Shown one piece after another: positions 54,501 to 62,738 of a DNA stretch of 64,000 nt. The DNA is taken from IMG/VR virus record IMGVR_UViG_3300029305_011823; one strand, written 5' to 3'. This DNA is from a virus (Duplodnaviria > Caudoviricetes). The translations under genes and the position numbers were made by a program. Within the stretch, counting starts at the first letter, position 1. Each line of letters begins with the position of its first letter. A model generated the notes under the pieces. The model ran no database searches. It was not told where the DNA came from and was given only the letters and a program-made list of their open reading frames with translations.

Positions 54501-57500
54501 AGATGCTGGACAAATTAAACTATGGGAAAAAGTAATAGGATATGCTAAAGCTTTTGAAGGAAAATTAAAATATGTTTACGGAAGTAAAGCAATAGACAAT
54601 AATGGTATGACAACAGACTGTTCTGGATTTACTAAACACGTAATGGACCGTTGTGGTATTAAAATACCTGCAGGATCAGCAAACCAAAAAAATGCTGGTA
54701 CTGGAGTAGATAAATCACAAGCACAAGCAGGTGACTTAATCATATGGAAAGGTCATGCAGGCTTAGTATATGACAGTAATAAAAATATGATAGATGCAGG
54801 TAGTGGTAGTGTTCCAAAAATCAGATCTTATGATACTAGTTACTGGAAAAGCCGTGGAGATTATAGTATAAGAAGAGTAATAGATCCTAATAAAATGGTT
54901 AGTGCAAAAGTTGATAATTACCATACAGGAATCGGATTTAGTGGTATAGTTGGTTCTCAAGGTGGAGGAGATTTATCTGGTGGAGGTCCAACTACAGACG
55001 GATCTACAGACGGATCAACTACAGGAGTAACAACAACTTCAGCACCAGCTATAGATGAACTAGGAGTATTTGCAAAACTTGGAAACATAGGTAAAAACTA
55101 TTTAGCTTCTATTTATAACGGTAAAGAAGTAGATTTATTCGCTCAACCTGTATCAACAGATACGTCAACATCTACAGATGGATCTACTCCTAGTAATGGA
55201 AGTACACCTGATATAAGTGGTATATCTGATACTGCTACTGCAGTATGGAAATTCTTTACTGGTAAAGGATATTCAAATCATGCTACTGCAGGTATAATGG
55301 GTAACTTACAACAAGAATCATCAATGGATCCTACTAAAAAGCAATATGGTGGAGGACCAGGTCGTGGTATAGCACAATGGACTGTAAGTGAAGGAAGATT
55401 TAAAGGACTAGAAGCACATGCTAAAAGCAAAGGAAAAGATTGGACAGATTTACAATCACAACTAGAATGGATAGACATGGAATTAGCTGGTAAAGATTCT
55501 ACAACTGCTAGTAAACTTAAAAAATATGGTGGATTAGACGGATTCAAGAAAGCTACTGACTATAAATGGGCTGTTGAAGCTTTTGAAAAATCATTTGAAA
55601 GAGCAGGAAAACCTAATTACACTAATAGATATAAATACGCACAAAACTATTACGATAAAATGGCAAATGCTGGTATGGGACCTGCAATGGCTACAAGTGC
55701 AGAAGCAGCACCTAGTGATGGAAGTATACCAAATAGCATGAATGGATGGAAATTCTATCAACAAAGTGACAGTAGATGGGGTGGTAAAGTTGGTAGTAGT
55801 ACAGTTAGTAGAGGTGGATGTGGACCTACATCTGCAGCTATGATGCTTTCTACTATATTCGGAAAAGAAATCAACCCATTAACAATGACAAAATGGGCTC
55901 ATTCTAATGGAACATGGACTGGAGCAATGCAATGGACTATGCCTAATAAAGTGGCATCTGAATTCGGATTAGGAATACAAGATTTAGGTTCTAATGCAAG
56001 CGGTGCACCATCTAGTACATTAGCTAATGTTAAAGCCGCATTAAAAGCTGGTAAACCAGTTATGTTAACAGGTAGAGGTACTGGAGCATCTGGAAGTGCT
56101 GCACGTACAGATACACCATTTACACCAGGAGGACACGTTGTTCTTGCGGTAGGATTAGATGGTAACGGTAATGTTATAATAAACGACCCTAGAGGTGCTG
56201 GTAGAACTAAAGCTTATACTGATGAAGGAATAATGAATGTTGGAGTTGGATTAAGAGGAGCTTGGGCATTTAATCCTGATGGAGGAAAAATACCAAGTTC
56301 AATATCAACAGATGGAGATTTCACAGGTGGAGGTACAACTCCTGGAGGAACTACAGATGGATCAACTGGAGGAACAACAGCTTCAGCACCAGCTATAGAT
56401 GAATTAGGAGTATTCGCAAAACTTGGAAATATAGGTAAAAACTATTTAGCTTCTATATACAATGGAAAAGAAGTCGATTTATTCGCTCAACCTGTATCAA
56501 CAGATACTTCATCATCTTCAAGTGATAGTGGTACTACACCAGGAGGAGATGGATCACCATGGAATGGAACTAAATATGATTTAAGTAAATATGATATGAG
56601 CGGATTATCTAGTACTAAACAAGCACACATAAATAAAATGATACATCCAACATTACACACATATAAATCACATGGTTTATTCCCATCATTAACATTTGCT
56701 CAAGCTGCACAAGAATCAGGATGGGGATTAACTTCTGGGTTAGCTACTAAAGGTAATGCTGCATTCGGTATAAAAGCAGATAAGAGTTGGACTGGAAAAG
56801 TTTATACAGCAAAAACTAGGGAAGTTTATAATGGTAAATCAGTAACAATAACTGATGGATTTAGAGCATATGATAACTTAGGAGATAGTATAATTGACAG
56901 AGCTAATTTCTTAAAAGCTAATTCAAGATATACTAAAGCTGGTGTATTCAGTGCAACAAGTCCTGAAGAACAAGCAAGAGCATTCCAAAAAGCAGGTTAT
57001 GCTACAGATCCAGGTTATGCTAATTCACTAATAAACTTAATGAATGGATCTAACTTACAACGTTTTGATAAACCGAAACCACCAGTAGTAGACAATGCTG
57101 GATCTGGTGATGGAAATACTTATTTAGTTGCACCTAAAGAAAACAAACATCTTACAGGAGATGCTGGTAAAGGTGATGGAAGAGTATCATATTCTAGATC
57201 AATCGATGGACCTCCACGTAATAGAGTTGATGCTAAAGCACAAAGAGAACTTGAAGCTATAAACAGAAAAGTAAACGTTGCATTTAATAATATCAATGCT
57301 TCAGATCCTAATGCATATGCAGAAGTATTAAAAATAATATTACAAGAATTACAAGCTATCAATGCTAATACAGCTGCAACTGCTGAAGGAGTTGGAGGGA
57401 TAGAAATAGCTTCAGCTAATGCTCCTGTAAGTGGAGATAATAATCAACACCCAACAACTAAAGAAAGATATCAAGCTAGTAAGAAAAATAAGCAAATAAG

Positions 57501-57576
57501 TAAACTACAAACTATAAACTCATCAACTGGATATAGTACTGCAAGACAAATTGCAGGATATAAAAAGACATATTAA
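45568..57576 (+). CDS. Tape-measure-like tail protein with C-terminal hydrolases (2x C39-like peptidase, NlpC/P60, tail lysozyme, GH73)
   Basis: GLDKVPSDGYLAELHEGEMVVP; QxDSRWG...GCGPTS twice; DCSGF...GH; GIMGNLQQES...AQW; AQAAQESGWG...GYATDP. Confidence 0.88.
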   Translation: MAKKDSNKGKDIKDRIKKQVPSNDWFLNVGKSMGFATQELIQELMPNTSSTVDWNKNVINIADMVQDIRDNNGIRKMFGKQLGNIPAFKVAQEGWSNVKADFKSGNFYNKNRAMGLNDDGEFSFDDFSFDNGGVEFIDDDDSGGGDEPVEDSSGGGRPPVTVINTMPLAKAISSSAEANVNAIASLGQQQFAMESEKLMMNKQSFEGSMSALNSINENLALLVQFNSDSTAKYQAAALKYFEQSLELMEKPEEDKKKKNLWNPFTAEGGLKLDEYAEVVKENIKDIKDSNIALSTMYDIFDNPELIKGFADNPIGTLMTAMGRGVINKKFKEAKGKLGELDKNLNMIMPALLARINTFEGNQDDNLLQNLNKVFGYKYKLSYDVDLGDYEKGAISWDGESKKALVEVIPSYLRRIESVLTGGDERIYNYSTGKFDDIASIEKFYNDKLAENEVSGFTNVRSYINDVVNELGLSIDAKDQVMKDFNNYFRAMTKQGYLIRHNDPRDSMKMGEIVGYDKDREKLLGRILDELPNHIKAEMTTMAISDSRERTNNFMEEVRANPNLSGYSYLKNDLDKDGKMRYTASKTPLALSPDKYGLNQLDYLRDIRSALINGIRVFPDHTRKSRGNQPNAGILARERLEEDAYEQRIREEEDAKQQEEQYTQYRRQGRSVAEAANIPDSNWKEMFKEDTPIDQADYLTMMDKLNNKVSDVVYNMLYGEDNYQDKALEKLNKMYQKGKPILQNMKDFFGDTMKAFRCFFTGQGYVTSDGVRVEGEDSLLGSIKTSILGIKDKFSEATKEGGMFQNFFDDFMDGFDTFKTSLFGEKRLTENKGKETFQNLMSKVKQRLPKALGYGLAGGMVKTVFASNLGLLGNFLMPGGPIASVLMGTTFGFLKQSETFNRYMFGEKDENGERVGGLISKAWQDKYQEYKGVIGKGAGIGILGSLFLPGGPVAGAIMGIAGGIASKNEAFQEFLYGKDYKTDEKKSMMNGVFGKAFKQLSGSDDPKLAKFLGSVGAGIGVAQGVGLLPSFLLPGGPIMGAMLGLAGGIAASSNKFQEFLLGEKDIDGQRHGGLLTKAANWFSLTFAQPLKLKFTEFNDFLYGMFRKHIFDPLARSFEPIVHGVKNVFINAKDSLVEAFTRITNPIVEAFKENIIDPISTVVKKVILNPIKWIMKKTFGFLTKSLVGLITAPISIVGRAADMYNSYSAVRQEKFRRRREYDKNTPKEERNYHDRKKAGKLTREEKKELRKNVSYRQGKTWGEKKKEQKDAYKEDMAKRKDRREEMKRQFEEDKKFAKENGYKYRSQKQKEKREAELREKEIWFQEQQLMQAQDTDEKVEKISDNIIKLSDYQNNTTTKLDVITNTVREGFNKLTEKLGLSAPSEETVEEDHMTAIYDFLDRETAKDENVTLKEALDDLKGEFKTVLGHLKETDKVDTSSSKGINPNDLVNITDEDLNKIYSFLDNKVQQDESTKLKGALDDLPADFKAIFKNKKSVTLDTGDNKVIDFNAVRKQLRDDDQSHADGLDKVPSDGYLAELHEGEMVVPEKPAGKLRNLMNKAGKGFSGLTDVLSETSEEDIDHREDDNGMIEKSLRKGAVGFGHMLANTMRGIGGAFGKIGTFFGKMSGDEKRDREDNAMQLSDMEADRLKEIEDKARYDHASRKNADFIQEQIAAENKEKADRKWKDSLLNAIKHLGGIAAAGVGAGMNLFDLMKDGMKGLLDKFSGLGSLLGSLALPFGIESLIKMGDDYINSPEYKEGYTDVDADGDGEGDEIYNNWNIQKWRTRLSARKAYIKPFQIAKKRIYDPLKEAGGKAVKSVKNMGKKAKTVGSKAVNKVKSTKAYQAVSNKLTSSKLYNKFFNKGVTETGDNVIDLAAKRAAKEGTESATTKVFKETAEGGAGKVINFAEQKLMKEAAESGTGKAVGKVIGEGVEAATENKGLITKIVKYAKQGVQYLADLVVKKFPAVGNIASKLLKVVDPILTSLIKNSDSIVAKFAKKIAATLGKATAGAATGFVLDAVFAVGDLATGLTAGNAGNLFGVSPENVDGRMRIISSIFQAFFNFSYIAIVSLVNEITNAMFNYNFIRQLAIAVYNLTGGKAEFGMRITPAEIDKCTSIEEALQKMDITDYGPLKDDNGNWKDFSAVKNEELGGVITEAEQMELARLQYNLANDTKLSSQGWLDKESQTFGSKVMTGIKKTFTRDTAQQKYNKLTNKATKKKEKANEYREKAKESKTIFGKAWNNSMAWLNDKSAARAEKKAEKTKVKAAKKLTKAQGKVDYHTQKAEESKGIFKAYHNWRANANQKKVKRYTMDDGKVTSADGGTTTGSAPVQEEVPILKPEEVIHGLTMAPGETVQDEYGNVYDHTGKCISSPNWDHAGMGDGDDTLYDQNGNPVDSTVVRADKDGNLYDVNGNPVTKGKPSKKKSGKLAKLWDGTKNLFKTGSAKVGKGIKDGVTQIGKDTKAFYSNPIAFTLNKSSELLDKGWSNFKANQERKKALKEKAKEGIKKGAGKVKDVVGKGIDKIKNNEKVKEFTGNLKAGLSKGIDEDDSAGTKAAKVVKNLNKMIADKKKEMMEDIKKTVTESIKSIGKLFKDLITNVGKKIGEFGTKIKEGFTNGIKAIGEGFKKAVKAVGDGITNKVNDLRNTFSKENLKKTLEEKVSEIKEGWGNLTGSFTKIFDDIGKKFDEFKKGFSNIKLPKLSLDAIKVSWQTVKDFFWDFGKEILKGDDGFESGANVPLNQQLKPKNYVFADTDNDASEAEVRKVTLTGLRDKGNTHNFPYYAQADSRWGNEKLMGGKSIGDVGCGPTSTAMVMTHLTGQRITPDTMAKAGEGILPGYTSYNYFPTVAQKFKMNYSEANDVKSIRAKLMAGEPVILAGTDKSLDNSTPYTTKGHIVVATGIKGDNVEINDPRGPAYSGSYRLNNIMKGLKRGIVLSSSKSTNTVGLPSSGVYNPITEMTGKLETSGDLPTDDGVVENLGGDAGQIKLWEKVIGYAKAFEGKLKYVYGSKAIDNNGMTTDCSGFTKHVMDRCGIKIPAGSANQKNAGTGVDKSQAQAGDLIIWKGHAGLVYDSNKNMIDAGSGSVPKIRSYDTSYWKSRGDYSIRRVIDPNKMVSAKVDNYHTGIGFSGIVGSQGGGDLSGGGPTTDGSTDGSTTGVTTTSAPAIDELGVFAKLGNIGKNYLASIYNGKEVDLFAQPVSTDTSTSTDGSTPSNGSTPDISGISDTATAVWKFFTGKGYSNHATAGIMGNLQQESSMDPTKKQYGGGPGRGIAQWTVSEGRFKGLEAHAKSKGKDWTDLQSQLEWIDMELAGKDSTTASKLKKYGGLDGFKKATDYKWAVEAFEKSFERAGKPNYTNRYKYAQNYYDKMANAGMGPAMATSAEAAPSDGSIPNSMNGWKFYQQSDSRWGGKVGSSTVSRGGCGPTSAAMMLSTIFGKEINPLTMTKWAHSNGTWTGAMQWTMPNKVASEFGLGIQDLGSNASGAPSSTLANVKAALKAGKPVMLTGRGTGASGSAARTDTPFTPGGHVVLAVGLDGNGNVIINDPRGAGRTKAYTDEGIMNVGVGLRGAWAFNPDGGKIPSSISTDGDFTGGGTTPGGTTDGSTGGTTASAPAIDELGVFAKLGNIGKNYLASIYNGKEVDLFAQPVSTDTSSSSSDSGTTPGGDGSPWNGTKYDLSKYDMSGLSSTKQAHINKMIHPTLHTYKSHGLFPSLTFAQAAQESGWGLTSGLATKGNAAFGIKADKSWTGKVYTAKTREVYNGKSVTITDGFRAYDNLGDSIIDRANFLKANSRYTKAGVFSATSPEEQARAFQKAGYATDPGYANSLINLMNGSNLQRFDKPKPPVVDNAGSGDGNTYLVAPKENKHLTGDAGKGDGRVSYSRSIDGPPRNRVDAKAQRELEAINRKVNVAFNNINASDPNAYAEVLKIILQELQAINANTAATAEGVGGIEIASANAPVSGDNNQHPTTKERYQASKKNKQISKLQTINSSTGYSTARQIAGYKKTY
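55038..55162 (+). repeat. Intragenic duplicated linker module, copy 1 (SAPAIDELGVFAKLGNIGKNYLASIYNGKEVDLFAQPVSTDTS)
   Basis: Identical peptide again at ~56382-56508, with synonymous DNA differences. Confidence 0.85.
56382..56508 (+). repeat. Intragenic duplicated linker module, copy 2
   Basis: See copy 1. Confidence 0.85.
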
Positions 57577-57617
57577 ATTAGAGGAGATATTTATCTCCTC
57601 TAAAAAAGGAGGTAACT

Positions 57618-59168
57618 ATGAACAATAATTTACAAAAAAGAGTTTATTCAATTTTAAATCAAGCAAGAGATCCTGCCACTGAAGATACTACTAATAGTGG
57701 TGGTGGAGATATTGAAGAAAAAGACAATATATATGGTATATCAGACCCTCAAACTTATATGGATAGATTACAAAGTAATTTAGCAGAGAACGCAACATTA
57801 AATAAAGTTAATACACAGATATTTGGTATGCCTTATCAATTTCTACCAACTGCAGATTACAGATTCGATTCAAATGGTAAATTTGGATTGGGTTTCTTTA
57901 ATAACATATATTTAGAAAAACCACTAGTTACTTTAATGCCTGGTAAAATGTTATTCTTACCTAGCTATAGTAAAGCTAACAAAAAGCTATTTGGTAGTTT
58001 AGTTACAGACGGTAGTGAAAATGCACAAGCTGCTTTAGCTGAATTAAAATCTGAAAAGGCTGGTTCTAGATATTATGACTTTACTAGTGATTATACTGCA
58101 TATATGAATTATGTAAATCTTATGTGTAGAGTTGCTGCAGTTTATTTAGGGCTAGATCAAACAGACCATGAAGGTAATAAGTATACAGCACCTGATGGTG
58201 GAAGTTATAAAACATATGATTGGAAAAAGTATACAAGCGTAAATGAAACTACAAACCCTAATGCAGATACAAGTATATTATCAGATGTTGCAAACTTTTT
58301 CGAAACTGTTGCCGACGACCTTACTGCAGGACAACGATGTTATGTTAATTTCTATATAGACCCTAATTCATCAGTTAGTGAATCTATATCAAATACAACA
58401 CAACAATCACAATTAGAGGGTGCATTTGATTCATTGGAAGGAATCGTAAAAGAAGCAGACATGCTTGTTAAATCAGTTGGTGGTAATGGAGTACAACAAT
58501 TTTTAGATAAAGCGGAAAGTGCGGTAATGGATTTAGCAAACGGTGCTACACTTGGATTATTTAAAGACATGTTAGGATTGGGAGAAGAAGTTTTACATGG
58601 ATCAAACTTAATATATCCTGAAATATGGACAGATAGTGATTATAGTAAATCTTTCTCAGTTCAAATAAATTTAGCTAGTCCTTATGGAGATAAAGAATCT
58701 ATTTATTTAAATATAATAGTTCCTATGTTACATGCTCTGGCATTAGCTTTGCCAAGGCAATCATCAGAGAACAGTTTTAACGCTCCTTTCTTAATAAGAG
58801 GATATGCACAAGGCTGGTTCTCGATAGACATGGGTATGGTAGAAACTATAACTATAGAAAAAGGTCCAGAACAATCTTGGACAGTAGATGGTCTACCAAC
58901 AGAAGCTAAAATAACTTTAAATATAAAAGAATTGTACGGAAACCTTATGATGTCACCATCTACAAGACCATCATACTTCTTTGCTAATCAAGGTTTAATA
59001 GATTTCTTAGGAGTTACTTGTGGTGTTGATATGACAATACCTAATATATACTTTAACCTTAGACTTGCGAAAGCATTATTAACGTCTAAATTTAAAGATA
59101 TGCCTAATAATACATATTATCATCTAACTGAAGCTATAAGAAACTGGAACCAGGGTTGGATGAATTAA
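57618..59168 (+). CDS. Virion structural protein (tail tube/baseplate hub-like)
   Basis: Follows the tail gene; YPEIW.DS.YSKSF...MGMVETITIEKG...DGLPTE pattern typical of tube-fold proteins. Confidence 0.65.
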   Translation: MNNNLQKRVYSILNQARDPATEDTTNSGGGDIEEKDNIYGISDPQTYMDRLQSNLAENATLNKVNTQIFGMPYQFLPTADYRFDSNGKFGLGFFNNIYLEKPLVTLMPGKMLFLPSYSKANKKLFGSLVTDGSENAQAALAELKSEKAGSRYYDFTSDYTAYMNYVNLMCRVAAVYLGLDQTDHEGNKYTAPDGGSYKTYDWKKYTSVNETTNPNADTSILSDVANFFETVADDLTAGQRCYVNFYIDPNSSVSESISNTTQQSQLEGAFDSLEGIVKEADMLVKSVGGNGVQQFLDKAESAVMDLANGATLGLFKDMLGLGEEVLHGSNLIYPEIWTDSDYSKSFSVQINLASPYGDKESIYLNIIVPMLHALALALPRQSSENSFNAPFLIRGYAQGWFSIDMGMVETITIEKGPEQSWTVDGLPTEAKITLNIKELYGNLMMSPSTRPSYFFANQGLIDFLGVTCGVDMTIPNIYFNLRLAKALLTSKFKDMPNNTYYHLTEAIRNWNQGWMN

Positions 59169-59189
59169 AAAATAAGGGAGGTAATTTAT

Positions 59190-59846
59190 ATGCCTAGTAA
59201 AAAAGAATTACAAGAATATAAAGATACATATGGAAATGTATCTAAAGAATGTATGGATAGAATATATAATTTCTTGGATGGAATATCCGATAGGCAATTA
59301 GAAGGAGTAAGACAAGATATAGAAAACAATCTTAGTACAGTATGGCATACAATCAGTTTTGTTTTCTATTTTATACCTAAAGCAACTCCAAGAGCGAGAT
59401 TAGCAGGATTTGGAAAACATTTTTATGTTTCTGACGCTATGAATAATAGAAAGCTTATGGAGAAATTTGTTAAAGAACAATTGAGTGATTTTGAGTTAAT
59501 AACTACAGCATGTAAACTACATTGTGATTGTTATTTTCCTATACCTAAGTCTATGAATAAATCTGAAAAACTAAGAGCTGAAATGGGATTAGTGCACAAT
59601 CTTACAAAGCCAGATTGGGATAACTTGGGAAAAACATATTCAGATATGATACAAAATACAATTATAATGGATGATAGTTTAATAATAGAAGGAACTGTAA
59701 GAAAGTTCTATTCTAGCAAACCTAGAATAGAATTAACTATAGAATATGCTGATAGATATGATTCAAAATACAATATGAAAAATATAACCAAGAGAAAACA
59801 GTATCTTGATAACATAGATAAAATAAATAAAGATATAACCTTTTAA
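59190..59846 (+). CDS. RusA-like Holliday junction resolvase
   Basis: PKATPRAR; KPDWDNLGK...D...DD motifs. Confidence 0.85.
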   Translation: MPSKKELQEYKDTYGNVSKECMDRIYNFLDGISDRQLEGVRQDIENNLSTVWHTISFVFYFIPKATPRARLAGFGKHFYVSDAMNNRKLMEKFVKEQLSDFELITTACKLHCDCYFPIPKSMNKSEKLRAEMGLVHNLTKPDWDNLGKTYSDMIQNTIIMDDSLIIEGTVRKFYSSKPRIELTIEYADRYDSKYNMKNITKRKQYLDNIDKINKDITF

Positions 59847-59860
59847 GGTTATATCTTTAT
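59827..59860. terminator. Bidirectional terminator overlapping the RusA stop
   Basis: ataaagatataacctt/aaggttatatctttat perfect inverted repeat. Confidence 0.75.
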
Positions 59861-59864
59861 TTTA

Positions 59865-60188
59865 TTATACAACACCATTTGCGATTTTAATAGCATCAAA
59901 AGCAGCTTTTTCAAATTCAGCTCCTGCTGCACCTATTGAACCTGTTCCTGACGCAACTCCTGCTGCTCCTACTAAACCTAAGCCAATAACAAGACCCCAA
60001 AAAAGTTTAGGATGTTCTTTCTTCCAACTTAAAAAAGCCATCCAAGGATTCTTATTAGATTTTTTCGCATAGTTTTGATAACTCTTTTTAGCTTTTTCAA
60101 CATCTCTTTTATTCTTTTCTTTTTTAAATTCTTCTAATATAACGCTATCGTATGATTCTAAAATAAAGTGTATTTTATCAATTGTCAT
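59865..60188 (-). CDS. Small protein with Gly/Ala-rich TM segment, possibly virion
   Basis: GGGAGG RBS. Confidence 0.65.
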   Translation of the reverse strand: MTIDKIHFILESYDSVILEEFKKEKNKRDVEKAKKSYQNYAKKSNKNPWMAFLSWKKEHPKLFWGLVIGLGLVGAAGVASGTGSIGAAGAEFEKAAFDAIKIANGVV

Positions 60189-60205
60189 AATAAGTCACCT
60201 CCCTT

Positions 60206-60436
60206 TTAGTCGATAGCTTCTATTATATCATCTAGATACTTCTCCTCTAGTCTTTTAAATTCTTCTGGTGATTCATCTTCAGTTATAACTTTTAATTCCT
60301 CACCATCAAATTCCATAAACTCTACATAAAGTTGATCTTCATCTAAGAGCATTAATGCACCATATGCCTCTTCATTATCAGTAAATGTCATTACAACATG
60401 TGTACCATAATCATTTAATTCTTGTACTTTAAACAT
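60206..60436 (-). CDS. Small acidic hypothetical protein
   Basis: GGAGG RBS. Confidence 0.7.
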   Translation of the reverse strand: MFKVQELNDYGTHVVMTFTDNEEAYGALMLLDEDQLYVEFMEFDGEELKVITEDESPEEFKRLEEKYLDDIIEAID

Positions 60437-60462
60437 ATTAAAACCTCCAATAATTAATATAA

Positions 60463-62673
60463 TTATTTACTTAAATTTTTTCTAGCCATTTGTCTTACAG
60501 AATCTTTTGTATAATTGATTAAATGTAATGTATTAAATGCTTCTAATATAGTATATTCAACTATAGCTTCAGCCATAACTAATTCCATTAAATCTTTATC
60601 AGTAGATTCTATAACATAATATTCTCTAACTTGTTCGAATATTCTTTCAACATCTTCAGGAGTACTGAATACATTTCCAGATTCTATTATATTATCAGAA
60701 TAAGTATTGTTTTCTAATACAGCTTTAACTTTACCTAAATATATTTTACCCATATTCAATATTTTAGTTTTATAAGCCATATCTTCACGATCTTTTATAA
60801 CTTCTAATGTTTCATTTATAGATTGTATATTTAAATCAACAGCTCTAATCATTGTAGCTGCTTCTTGTACATTATCTACATATTTTAAGTTATTTTTTAA
60901 TGATTCGCAAACTATTTTAGTTTTATATATAAATTCAAGGTTATTTGAATTTACATCTTTAGTTTGTAAATAAGGTATTAAAGTTATTTCATTATTTATT
61001 TCTCTAGTTAATGATTCTATTACATTAGTTCTAGCATTTTCATGAGCTTCAACTACTTTAGTTAAAGATTCACATATACTATCTAATTTAGCATCTATTT
61101 CCTCCATTAAACTAGATTCTTTAGCAACTTTACAAGTACATTCTTCTTTTCCGCATTTAGGACATAATATAACTTCTTCATGTACTGCTCCGTCAACTTC
61201 TTTATTTAAGGCTTTAACTTCTTTATTAAGTTCTTTATCAGCTTTATCATCTTTAGATTCTACTAAACTATTTATTCTTTCCTTAACATCTTCAGCAGTT
61301 TCCATAGTAGATTTCATATAAGGATTAGCTTGTTTAGCTATTTTTAATTGATTTCCTCTATGAGATTTTTCTGCTTTAAGAGCTTTTAATTCTGCTTCTA
61401 ATGTTCTTAAATCTTCTCTATAATCTTCTATTTTTACTTTGTCTTTTTCACCTTTTATTTTATTTCTTGTAGCTTCTACCTCTTGTTCCCATTTAACTAT
61501 CGATTTATCTAATTTTTTATCAGATATTTTTCTAGCATGTTTTTGTATATTATGAACATATTTTTCTTCTATTAATTCTAAGTTTTCTTGTATAGCTCTA
61601 ACTACATATTTAAAATGTTCTGCTTGAGCACGAGAACGAATATTTTGAGAACCTTCTTCTACTAATTTATAATAGTTTTCTAAAGCATTTTCATAGTCTT
61701 CGTCATCTATATCTTCAAGAACTTTAGCTTCATTTATAAACATATTTCTTATTTCATCTTCATCATCTATATCCATTTCCATCATATCAACTTCATCCAT
61801 TTCAAATTCTTCATCTTCGAATAAAGTTTCTAAATCATCTTTATAATCAAATGATTCAAATATAGCAGATGAATTAGATTCCAGAAGTTGTTTATATTGT
61901 CTTCTCATTAATGAATTAAATAATGTATCTTCTTCTATTCCTGGTTTATTGAATATGAAAGCCATAGCTTCTTCAACAGGAGCTTCTAATTCACTAACTT
62001 TATTTTGTATATCAGTCATTACCATTTGTCTATCATTGCTTAATTTTTGTTCATCTTGAACAACTTGGAAAACTTTATCTTTTATATTATTAACTATAGT
62101 TTCAGTTCCTATTTCTCTTTTTCTATAGTCAAATTCTTCTAGTTCTAATTTATTTAAACCGAAGTTAACTTTTTCTTTATCAGTTTTCCCTTCTTTAGCA
62201 TTTCTTTCTCCAACTTTTTTAGCTGTTTCTTCACATAAAGTTACCATATTTTTTAATATAGGATTTCTAGTAGATTCAGCTATTCTTTTAACCCCTTCAA
62301 ATCCTCCTATATCATCTACTTTAGCTTCAACCATTTCAACAATATTTTTAAGATTTTCAGTAACTACTTCTTCGTCAACTAAGATAGATTCAACACATAT
62401 TTCAGATACTATATCTTTCATTAAGTCTTCTTTTAATGCTCTATAACCTTCTTGCATTTTAGCATCATAGGCTTTTCTATCTTTTAAGTCTTGTAATCTA
62501 CGTTCATTGACTTTTTTATTTAGTTCTTCATATTTAGCTGCTGATTCAGCTAATTTATCAACTTTACTTCTATCTCTAACAGGAATAACCCCTTCTCTTT
62601 TAAATTCCTTATCTACTTTAGATCCGAAACTTTTACGAGTTACTCTGTTATTTGCGTTATCAAAATAAGACAT
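60463..62673 (-). CDS. Putative virion (head) protein, acidic coiled-coil
   Basis: AAGGAG RBS before ATG at 62673; AACA-N6-TA at 62713-62724; many hydrophobic-x-ES motifs. Confidence 0.6.
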   Translation of the reverse strand: MSYFDNANNRVTRKSFGSKVDKEFKREGVIPVRDRSKVDKLAESAAKYEELNKKVNERRLQDLKDRKAYDAKMQEGYRALKEDLMKDIVSEICVESILVDEEVVTENLKNIVEMVEAKVDDIGGFEGVKRIAESTRNPILKNMVTLCEETAKKVGERNAKEGKTDKEKVNFGLNKLELEEFDYRKREIGTETIVNNIKDKVFQVVQDEQKLSNDRQMVMTDIQNKVSELEAPVEEAMAFIFNKPGIEEDTLFNSLMRRQYKQLLESNSSAIFESFDYKDDLETLFEDEEFEMDEVDMMEMDIDDEDEIRNMFINEAKVLEDIDDEDYENALENYYKLVEEGSQNIRSRAQAEHFKYVVRAIQENLELIEEKYVHNIQKHARKISDKKLDKSIVKWEQEVEATRNKIKGEKDKVKIEDYREDLRTLEAELKALKAEKSHRGNQLKIAKQANPYMKSTMETAEDVKERINSLVESKDDKADKELNKEVKALNKEVDGAVHEEVILCPKCGKEECTCKVAKESSLMEEIDAKLDSICESLTKVVEAHENARTNVIESLTREINNEITLIPYLQTKDVNSNNLEFIYKTKIVCESLKNNLKYVDNVQEAATMIRAVDLNIQSINETLEVIKDREDMAYKTKILNMGKIYLGKVKAVLENNTYSDNIIESGNVFSTPEDVERIFEQVREYYVIESTDKDLMELVMAEAIVEYTILEAFNTLHLINYTKDSVRQMARKNLSK

Positions 62674-62738
62674 AGTCAAGTCTCCTTTCATATTATAAAT
62701 TTATTTCACCATTAAAATATTGTTTTCCATCAATATTT

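Noticed and set aside
46266-58570. Minus-strand ORFs inside the tail genes (e.g. 52959-53651, 230 aa)
   Set aside because: These are antisense shadows expected from codon bias, with no RBS or recognisable motifs.
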